53,464 nucleotides of DNA from Actinomycetota bacterium. Lineage in GTDB: Bacteria; Actinomycetota; Acidimicrobiia; Acidimicrobiales; JAFATL01. Under the pieces are notes generated by a model, which did no database searches, was not told where the DNA came from, and saw only the letters and a program-made list of their open reading frames with translations. Shown here piece by piece: positions 33,573 through 40,937 of the stretch. Location: NCBI GenBank assembly GCA_041166245.1, contig JBEEFQ010000071.1:1-53464 (forward strand). The letters are read 5' to 3'. The position numbers were made by a program, and so were the translations under genes. Within the stretch, counting starts at the first letter, position 1; every line of letters begins with the position of its first letter.

Positions 33573-33700
33573 GAAGCGGGCCACCGGTTCCAAGGACCGC
33601 AGCAGAACAGCACGACGGGAGCATCGGATCGGTCGCCCCGTTTCGAATTGCTCGACGGGCTGTCCCAAGAAGCTCATCAAACAACTGACTGGGAGGTCAC

Positions 33701-33814
33701 GTGAAGCCCATCAACTGCAGCGAGTCGGCCTGGAGGCTCGACGACCTGGACGAACGCCAAGCGGCGATCTGGAAGGAGATCGGCATCGCCGTCCTGGCGT
33801 GGGTCATCAGCTGA
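33701..33814 (+). CDS. small ORF 3 (37 aa), candidate precursor peptide MKPINCSESAWRLDDLDERQAAIWKEIGIAVLAWVIS
   Basis: GTG preceded by GGGAGG at 4-nt spacing. Has the same conserved core and the same C-terminal WVIS-stop as sORF2. Confidence 0.6.
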   Translation: MKPINCSESAWRLDDLDERQAAIWKEIGIAVLAWVIS

Positions 33815-33870
33815 CTCGGATCCTGGGGAGGGGCGTCGGCGGCGCCCCCTACCCGACACAGGGAGACCAC

Positions 33871-35085
33871 ATGACTTCCTCTATGACAACCGACCCCCCT
33901 GCTGGTGCCGCTGTGGTGCGGCACGAGCCGGGCGCAGCCGTTGGAGACGTGAAGGTCGATGGGCGGCCCGTCCTGGGCTTCGTCGGCCGCGAACGCTTCG
34001 TCCTGCTGACCGAGCAGCAGCAACGAGTGTGGAGCCTGATCCCGGCCCACGGCTGTTCGACCGCCGAGTTGCAGGAGCATTACGAGGCGGCTTCGGACGA
34101 CGCGGGCGACTGGATCCCCCGTTTCCTGAGCGAGCTCCGGAGCCGGGGCTTTCTCGCAACGCCGGATGGGCCGACCGAGGAGGTTCGAGGCGAGCCGGCC
34201 GTGATGGTGAGTGCGCAGCCGAGCCGGCTCCTGGCTGACGTATCGATTCGCCTGCCCGGCAGGCTCCGCGAGGCGCTGGAGCTGGTCGGTCGATCGGCCG
34301 CGTTGAGCCGTGGTGCGCTTGCGGCCCAGGCGGCCCTGGTGGTCGTCGCGGTCGTGGTGCACGGACGGGACGTTCTGCGAGGCCCCGGCACGGCCATGGC
34401 AGGGTTGGACCTCGTCCACGTCGTGGCGGTCTACGGACTGTTTGTCTTGACGGCGGTCGTGCACGAGCTGGGCCACGCCTTGGCGATGGCGCGTTATACC
34501 GACGCCCCGCGTCGAGGCGGCCTGATGGTGCGGTACGTGCTCTTCGTCGGCTTCTACGTGCGAACCACGGGCGCGTGGGCGCTGCCTCGGCGACAGCGCG
34601 TCATCGTTGGCCTCGCCGGACCGTGGCTCAACTTCGTATGTGGAGCGCTCCTGTTCTTCTCCGGCCATGCCGTCCAGGGCGACGAGGGGGCAACCCTCGT
34701 CGCGGCCGGGTCCCTCAGCGTGCTGGTGGGCGCGCTCAACCTCTTTCCGTTCTTCTTGAAAACGGACGGCTACTACGTCCTCAACGACCTGCTCGAGACG
34801 TCCAACTGGAGGCGCCGTGGTTCCAGCATTGCGCTCGCGATCGTCCGGCGCTCCCGCCCCATCGGCTCGTTGAGCCTCCGCGACCGCATCATCGTCTGGG
34901 CCTTTGTGCTGCAGGCCGGCTTCTGGCTGTTTCTGTTGCACCGGGTGAGCCATGGCCTCTCGCGGCTGACGGGGTTGTCGCCGGTCGCCGTCGTCCTTGT
35001 GTTGGTCGGTGTTCCTCGCCTGGGTCCACTCGGTCGCTACGTTCGAGCTCGGCTTGCGGTCCGGCGCCAGGGAAGGCCGACATGA
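33871..35085 (+). CDS. M50 (site-2-protease-like) membrane zinc metallopeptidase with N-terminal PqqD/RRE-like domain
   Basis: HELGHA in a TM helix plus NLFPFFLKTDGYYV (the NxxPxxxxDG motif of the S2P family). The N-terminal FVLLTEQQQRVWSLIPAHGCSTAELQEHY...FLSELRSRGFL is PqqD-like. ATG 33871 follows GGGAGA. Confidence 0.75.
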   Translation: MTSSMTTDPPAGAAVVRHEPGAAVGDVKVDGRPVLGFVGRERFVLLTEQQQRVWSLIPAHGCSTAELQEHYEAASDDAGDWIPRFLSELRSRGFLATPDGPTEEVRGEPAVMVSAQPSRLLADVSIRLPGRLREALELVGRSAALSRGALAAQAALVVVAVVVHGRDVLRGPGTAMAGLDLVHVVAVYGLFVLTAVVHELGHALAMARYTDAPRRGGLMVRYVLFVGFYVRTTGAWALPRRQRVIVGLAGPWLNFVCGALLFFSGHAVQGDEGATLVAAGSLSVLVGALNLFPFFLKTDGYYVLNDLLETSNWRRRGSSIALAIVRRSRPIGSLSLRDRIIVWAFVLQAGFWLFLLHRVSHGLSRLTGLSPVAVVLVLVGVPRLGPLGRYVRARLAVRRQGRPT

Positions 35086-36635
35086 CCCGTCGGGTCATCG
35101 CCGTTGCCGCCCTCATCGCCGCCTTCCTCGCTGGAGTGCCGATCACGTTCACGGCTGCGGCCGCTGCAGCGGCGGGTCCCCCCGTCCTCGCTGTCATCAG
35201 CACCGGTCTGGACGTCGGTCACGAGCAGTTCGCCTACGGCGGGCCGTTGGACACGACTGACCAGATCGTCGCATGGTGGGACTTCACAGCCACGGTCGCG
35301 CCTTTGCACGAGCCGGACGTCGGACAGATCTGGGACTCCGCGGTGCCGGACCCGTATGACACCGTCGGTGAAGGGACCGCGGCGACATCGCTCGCGGCCG
35401 GCGCGGGCCGGTACGGCGACGCTACGCCGGCGTTGGCGCCCGGCGGTCAGGTGGCGGTGGCCCGGGTGTGTCAGGAGACGGTGTGCGACGGCAAGCTGTC
35501 CGTCGCGATCCGATGGGCGGTCGACACCGTCCAGGCGGACGTCGTGTTGGTGACGCCGGGCTACAGCACGCCTTTCCCGGCGGAGCTCAACTACGTGGAC
35601 GAGGCCGTGCGCTATGCCCGGGAGCATGACGTGCTGGTCGTGGCCGGCCAGAGCTTGGGCTCCCGAGCGACGCCTGCCGAAGGCTCCGTCGGCGCGACGA
35701 ACTCGTTGGTGAACGCGTCGTCGGCGCTGCTTGTCGGGGCCGCGGACGATGCTGCGTGGTCGAGCGGTCGAGAGCTCGTGGTCCCGGCCGGATTGTCGGC
35801 TGCATCGACATCGTGCGCGGCTTGTTACGCGCCGGCGGCCGGACGGACGTACAACCCGCTGGCCGGCGGTTCCTCCGTGCCTGGGTACGTGGCGGGCATG
35901 GCCCTGCAAGCCCGTGCCGAAGCCCAGGCCGCCGGTAGGCCGGCCGACGCTGACCGCATCGAGACGCTTTTGAAATGGAGCGCACGCGACACTGACGCCA
36001 GCCCGGCGACCGAGGGCTACGGCATCCTCGACCGCCCTGCGTTCGACGACGACGTCGTGCCGCACGCGAGGGGAGGAACCCTTCCTGGTCGCCCGGCCCC
36101 CGATGTCAACGCCATATACGTCGAGCGGGTCGCTGGTCCGGCCCACGACGCGTGGACCGAGACGCTGGACGAGGAAGGGCTCAAGCTCCTTGTCCCGACC
36201 CCCCAGCCTGCGGGTTCGGGTGCTGGTCGCATCGCACCTGGCTCGGTGCCCGGGCGGACGGAGGTGGAGTCATACGCCGTGGCCCTGCAGCCGGGTGACG
36301 TCTTTGCGGTCGCCCTCTCCTTGGCCGCCGCCAGCGAGCCCGTGCCCGGCACCAACGACGTCGACCTCTTCGTCTTCGCTGGACGAGGTCCCACCTTCAC
36401 CGGCAGAGACATCCTCGCCAAGTCCGCGAACGGGCCCGGGGCGGACGAACACGTCGAGTACCGGGCCGTGGCCGCCGGGTGGGTGACGGTCGCGGTCGTG
36501 GGCTCGGTCGTGACAGGTGACCAGGACGTGGTTCTGGCCGGGCGGTCCTGGCCGGCGCCGAGCCTGCTCAGCTCCGCACCCGTCCAGATGCAGCTGCAGC
36601 TCAGCGACGAGCGATTCTACGTGGGCACTTCCTGA
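35082..36635 (+). CDS. secreted subtilisin (S8)-like protein with degenerate catalytic motifs and C-terminal PPC (pre-peptidase C-terminal)-like domain
   Basis: Signal peptide MTRRVIAVAALIAAFLAGVPITFTAAAAAAAG. S8-like blocks are AVISTGLDVGH, GEGTAATSLAAG and GGSSVPGYVAGMAL. The C-terminal DVDLFVF...GWVTVAVVG is PPC-like. ATGA overlap with the M50 gene. Confidence 0.7.
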   Translation: MTRRVIAVAALIAAFLAGVPITFTAAAAAAAGPPVLAVISTGLDVGHEQFAYGGPLDTTDQIVAWWDFTATVAPLHEPDVGQIWDSAVPDPYDTVGEGTAATSLAAGAGRYGDATPALAPGGQVAVARVCQETVCDGKLSVAIRWAVDTVQADVVLVTPGYSTPFPAELNYVDEAVRYAREHDVLVVAGQSLGSRATPAEGSVGATNSLVNASSALLVGAADDAAWSSGRELVVPAGLSAASTSCAACYAPAAGRTYNPLAGGSSVPGYVAGMALQARAEAQAAGRPADADRIETLLKWSARDTDASPATEGYGILDRPAFDDDVVPHARGGTLPGRPAPDVNAIYVERVAGPAHDAWTETLDEEGLKLLVPTPQPAGSGAGRIAPGSVPGRTEVESYAVALQPGDVFAVALSLAAASEPVPGTNDVDLFVFAGRGPTFTGRDILAKSANGPGADEHVEYRAVAAGWVTVAVVGSVVTGDQDVVLAGRSWPAPSLLSSAPVQMQLQLSDERFYVGTS

Positions 36636-36796
36636 GGGCGTGGGCAAGCGGGGTCATGAGCGAGTCTTCGTCCAACCTCTCCCAAAGCCGGCCAAATCGC
36701 CCGTAAGGAGCGGGGTTTCCTCGCCGTTAACTCACAGCTAGCGGCAGGAACTGGTGCCCAGACCGGAGAAAAGCCACTCCGAGGGACAAGGCGGGC

Positions 36797-38572
36797 GTGT
36801 TCGATGCCATCCCATGGCGCGGACGGGAAGGATGGGCAGTGACGTTGGAGCGACGGCGGGGGGGACGGAAATGGGTCCCGCTCGTTTCGGTGGCGGTGGC
36901 GTACGTGATGATCGCCACGCTGCTGCCCAACCCGCTGCGGATCCCGACCGACGAGGCGACCGCCACGGCGGAGTTCGCGCCCGTCGTCGGCAAGCGGACG
37001 AACCAGTCGGGCGGGAGTCTCTCCGAGACGGGCTTCGCCTCGAGCGAGGGGCTGGGCTCCGGCGGCGACGGACTCGGTGAGTTCGGCCTCGGCCTCGACA
37101 ACCCGCTGGCCCAGCTGCCCAGCCCTGTCAGCCGGCCCCGCCAGAAGACGTGTTACGGCGATCCCCCGCGCCAGGCAGAGGATCCGCTGTCCCCGCCATG
37201 TGTGGCGTTCTTCGAGGGTGACAACGGGGGCGCCACCTACCCGGGCGTCACCGGCGACAAGGTCACCGCGGTGATGTACGACGGCCTGTCGGACATCCCC
37301 GACGGCGAGGACATGTGCAAGCCCTACAGCGACGAGGACAGCCTCTCCACGCGCACGCTGAAGGCGATGCAGAACTACTTCCAGAAGCGCTACCAGACCT
37401 ACGGGCGTCGCGTCTGCATCGTCAAGCAGGCCGACTCGGGAGTCGAGGACGTCAATCGCAAGGGTGACGCCATCAAGACGGTGCAGGAGTACAACCCGTT
37501 CGCGGTCATGTCCTTCGCCGAGCCCAACGACGACGAGTACCTGAAGCAGATCTCGAAGCAGGGCGTCACCAGCTTCGGTCTGAACTTCTTCCAGCCCCAG
37601 TCGTACTACGAGCAGAACTCGCCCCTGGCCTTCTCCTTCTTCGACACGCGGGAGGAGCACGCGGAGATCACCGCTGCCTACATCTGCGAGAAGCTCATCA
37701 AGAACAAGGTCACCCACACCGACGACCCGACTCTCCGCGGCCAGACCCGCCGGGTCGGGCTCATCTACAACACTGGCGCGGAGTCGGCCGGCGGCGAGGA
37801 TATGGCCCCGGAGATCAAGCGGCGGGCCAAGCAGAAGTGCGGGTTCGAGTTCGCAGCCGAGTTCAAGTACCCCTACGACGCGACGACCTCCGGCGGCGCC
37901 GGCAACTCCCAGGCCATCGCCGACATGCGCAACAAGAACATCAACACCGTGTTCATGATGAGCTACGCCGACGCCATCCTCCTGGCCCAGCAGACGGCCA
38001 GCAACTCCGCCTACTTCCCCGAGTGGTTCGTCAACTCCACGTCGGTGCTCGACGTCGGCCCGGTGGCCCGCGTCTTCTCCGACCCCAGGCAGAAGACCTT
38101 CGGCGTGTCGCTCCGGTGGCGTACGCCGGGCATCAGGGAGACGTTCTGGTACCAGGCGTACCAGAGCGAGCAGCCCAACACGCTGGCCGAGGCCCGTTGG
38201 GGATTCAGCTGGTACTACCTGCTGCTCAACCTCTTCACCGCGGTGCAGGCCGCCGGGCCCAAGCTCACCCCGGACGCCATCGCCCGAGGCATGTTCACGT
38301 TCAAGACCGACCAGCTGGACAATCCCTACGTGCCGAGCGGGGAGTACGGCGAGCCCGCCGACTACGCGTTCGTGAGCTCGTACATGGAGTTCTTCTGGGA
38401 CCCGCGGGGAACGCCGCCGGACGGCAATCCCAGCGAAGGGTGCGTTCGCGTCACCAACGAAGGTCGCCGCTTCAGACCGGGCGGCGTCGGCAGTGACGAG
38501 AGCGGCTTGTTCAACCCGGCATCACCTTGTACCGCTGACATCCGCCTGCTCCAAGACGGAGTGGGCGCTTAA
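36797..38572 (+). CDS. membrane-anchored extracytoplasmic protein, possibly a type-I periplasmic-binding-protein (LivJ-like) fold
   Basis: N-terminal anchor KWVPLVSVAVAYVMIATLL. The about 500-aa ectodomain has alternating beta-alpha character. The start is GTG 36797 or GTG 36839 (after GGGAAGGA). The family call is tentative. Confidence 0.6.
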   Translation: MFDAIPWRGREGWAVTLERRRGGRKWVPLVSVAVAYVMIATLLPNPLRIPTDEATATAEFAPVVGKRTNQSGGSLSETGFASSEGLGSGGDGLGEFGLGLDNPLAQLPSPVSRPRQKTCYGDPPRQAEDPLSPPCVAFFEGDNGGATYPGVTGDKVTAVMYDGLSDIPDGEDMCKPYSDEDSLSTRTLKAMQNYFQKRYQTYGRRVCIVKQADSGVEDVNRKGDAIKTVQEYNPFAVMSFAEPNDDEYLKQISKQGVTSFGLNFFQPQSYYEQNSPLAFSFFDTREEHAEITAAYICEKLIKNKVTHTDDPTLRGQTRRVGLIYNTGAESAGGEDMAPEIKRRAKQKCGFEFAAEFKYPYDATTSGGAGNSQAIADMRNKNINTVFMMSYADAILLAQQTASNSAYFPEWFVNSTSVLDVGPVARVFSDPRQKTFGVSLRWRTPGIRETFWYQAYQSEQPNTLAEARWGFSWYYLLLNLFTAVQAAGPKLTPDAIARGMFTFKTDQLDNPYVPSGEYGEPADYAFVSSYMEFFWDPRGTPPDGNPSEGCVRVTNEGRRFRPGGVGSDESGLFNPASPCTADIRLLQDGVGA

Positions 38573-38586
38573 GCCCCGGAGGAATC

Positions 38587-39633
38587 GTGGCCACTCCTAC
38601 CAACAACCGTCTCAGGTCCAGAGGCCCGCGGCCGCCGCGCCGGGGGCCGAGCGGTATCGACCCGACCGAGTTCAGCCGCAACTTCGAAGCGGTCGTGAGC
38701 AACGTGATGGAGGTGATCCAGGGCAAGGAGGACGTCGTGCGCCTTGCCCTGGTGGCCATGCTGGCCGAGGGCCATGTGCTCTTCGAGGACGTGCCTGGCA
38801 CCGGCAAGACGGTCATGGCCCGGGCCCTGGCCCAGTCGATGAATGCCATCGCCCAGCGCATCCAGTGCACGCCCGACATGCTCCCCGGTGACATCACCGG
38901 TTCGTCGATCTACGACGCGAGCAAGGGCGAGTTCACCTACATGCCAGGGCCGGTGTTCGCCAATGTGCTCCTGTCCGACGAGATCAACCGAGCCACGCCG
39001 AAGACGCAGTCGGCCCTGCTCGAGGCCATGGCCGAGCGCAAGGTGACCGTGGACGGGACGACTCGTCTGCTGCCGCGCCCGTTCCTCGTGCTCGCCACCC
39101 AGAACCCGGTGGAGCAGGCGGGCACGTTCCCGCTTCCTGAAGCCCAGCTCGACCGCTTCCTGTTCAAGCTCTCGGTGGGCTACCCCGACCGCGACGCGGA
39201 GCAGCGGATCATGCTGAGCAACTCCCGCCAGCTCGCCATCGAGGACCTCGGCTCCGTGGTCGACACGCCGGTGATCTCGCAGATGATCGAGTTCGCGACC
39301 GACATCGAGGTCTCCGAGGCCGTCGGCTACTACATCGTCGACCTGGCCCAGGCGACGCGTGCCGACACCGCCCTCATCCTCGGTGCCTCGCCGCGGGCGC
39401 CCATCGCCCTGCTGCGCGCCGCCCGCGTGCTGGCTGCGAGTGACGGGCGCAACGACGTGTACCCCGACGACGTGCGTCACGTCCTCAAGCCGGTGATGGC
39501 CCACCGCCTGATCCTGGCGCCGGACGCCGTGCTGCGGGGCGAGACGGTGGACGCCGTCCTCGACCGCGTGCTCGGCCGCGTCAAGGCGCCGCTCATGGCC
39601 GACGTCACCGGCAAGTCACCCGCGGCCCGCTGA
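38587..39633 (+). CDS. MoxR-family AAA+ ATPase
   Basis: Walker A DVPGTGKTVMARAL, Walker B LLSDEINR, ATQNPVEQAGTFPLPEAQLDRF. GGAGGA SD. Confidence 0.92.
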   Translation: MATPTNNRLRSRGPRPPRRGPSGIDPTEFSRNFEAVVSNVMEVIQGKEDVVRLALVAMLAEGHVLFEDVPGTGKTVMARALAQSMNAIAQRIQCTPDMLPGDITGSSIYDASKGEFTYMPGPVFANVLLSDEINRATPKTQSALLEAMAERKVTVDGTTRLLPRPFLVLATQNPVEQAGTFPLPEAQLDRFLFKLSVGYPDRDAEQRIMLSNSRQLAIEDLGSVVDTPVISQMIEFATDIEVSEAVGYYIVDLAQATRADTALILGASPRAPIALLRAARVLAASDGRNDVYPDDVRHVLKPVMAHRLILAPDAVLRGETVDAVLDRVLGRVKAPLMADVTGKSPAAR

Positions 39634-39643
39634 ACCTCCACTG

Positions 39644-40930
39644 ATGCGCCGCCGTCTCCTCGAGCTCTCAGACCGGTTGCGGGCCAACCTGGCCCTGCGC
39701 CGGATCTCGTCCGTCATCCGGACGCTCGAGCGGCGTGCGGGCATCACCCGCACGGGCGAGGTCGGCATCGTGCTGGCGGTGCTGCTCTGGTTGATGGCGC
39801 GCGTGTTCGCCGGCGTCACGCTCTACCTCGTCGCCTACGGCGCGCTGCTGCTCATCGTCGTGTCGTGGCTCACCGTGCGCCGTCGCCTTCCGCTGGAAGG
39901 GGGGCGCACCGAGCTGCGGGCGCGCGCCCGAGTGGGCGAGGTGCTGACGGTCGGGCTGGAGCTCCGGGCCCGCCGCCGTCTGTCGACCATCGTCTTGGAG
40001 GAGGCGTTGCCGGAGAAGCTCGGGGATCCCGTGCGCCTGCCGATCGCCAGCATCGCGGGCGGTGAGGAGGTCACCCACGAGTACCGGTTGGCCTGCACGC
40101 GGCGCGGCGCCTACACGGTCGGTCCGCTCGTGGCGCGCTGGGGTGATCCGTTCGGGGTCTGCCAGCGGGAGATGGTGCTGGCCGAGCCCTTCGAGGTGCT
40201 GGTGCACCCGGCAATCGAGAACGTCAGCGACCGCCCGCTGACCCGGCAGTTCGAGGACCCGCCCATCCGCCCGCCCGTCTCGAAGCCCTGGCCTTCTGGG
40301 CTCGAGTTCTACGGCATGCGCGAGTACGTGCGGGGCGACGACCTGCGCCGCATCGTCTGGCGGGCGACGGCTCGCACCGGCAAGGTGATGGTGCGCGAGG
40401 CCGAACAGGGGATCACCGACCGCATCACCATCCTGGTCGACTCCGACCGCACGTACCACGGTCGGGAGACACCCTCAGAATCGTTCGAGGCCGCCATCAG
40501 GGCGGCGGCGTCGCTCGGCGTCAAGCATCTGGGCGAGGGCTACAGCGTCACGGTCGAGGCCAACGCGGGCCCGGTCACGCGGGCGCTGCGCGGCGCAGGC
40601 TCGCAGATCCGCATGCTCGACGCGCTCGCTCGGCTCGACATGGACCGTGAGCCGTTGACGTCGAACATCATGCGCCGCGTCTCCGACCCCCGGTCGGACG
40701 CCCACAACATCCTCATCACCCCCCGGCTCAAGCCGGCCGACGCCGCCCAGCTGCGCATGTTGTTGAACCGTGGCCTGTCGGTCCTCGTGATCGCCCTCAT
40801 GTGGGACGACGAGGCGAGCGAGACGCTGAACACGGCGGCCGCGCTGGGGTGCCAGGTCGTGGAGCTCCGGCCGGGCCAGAGCATCGCCGCCGCCATGTCG
40901 ATCGAAGTCGGAGCGGGACAGCGACTGTGA
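39644..40930 (+). CDS. DUF58 domain protein (vWA-like MoxR partner)
   Basis: Two N-terminal TM helices and the DUF58 signature YGMREYVRGDDLRRIVWRATARTGKVMVRE. Confidence 0.88.
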   Translation: MRRRLLELSDRLRANLALRRISSVIRTLERRAGITRTGEVGIVLAVLLWLMARVFAGVTLYLVAYGALLLIVVSWLTVRRRLPLEGGRTELRARARVGEVLTVGLELRARRRLSTIVLEEALPEKLGDPVRLPIASIAGGEEVTHEYRLACTRRGAYTVGPLVARWGDPFGVCQREMVLAEPFEVLVHPAIENVSDRPLTRQFEDPPIRPPVSKPWPSGLEFYGMREYVRGDDLRRIVWRATARTGKVMVREAEQGITDRITILVDSDRTYHGRETPSESFEAAIRAAASLGVKHLGEGYSVTVEANAGPVTRALRGAGSQIRMLDALARLDMDREPLTSNIMRRVSDPRSDAHNILITPRLKPADAAQLRMLLNRGLSVLVIALMWDDEASETLNTAAALGCQVVELRPGQSIAAAMSIEVGAGQRL

Positions 40931-40937
40931 GCCACCG

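Noticed and set aside
33405-34953. Minus-strand ORFs 33405-33680, 33677-33859 and 33697-34953 across the sORF region and the M50 gene.
   Set aside because: - They are antisense to frames that have clear SD sites, paralogous conservation (the sORFs) or the HELGH/NxxPxxxxDG motifs (M50).
- Their translated products are Arg/Pro/Gly-rich with no motifs.
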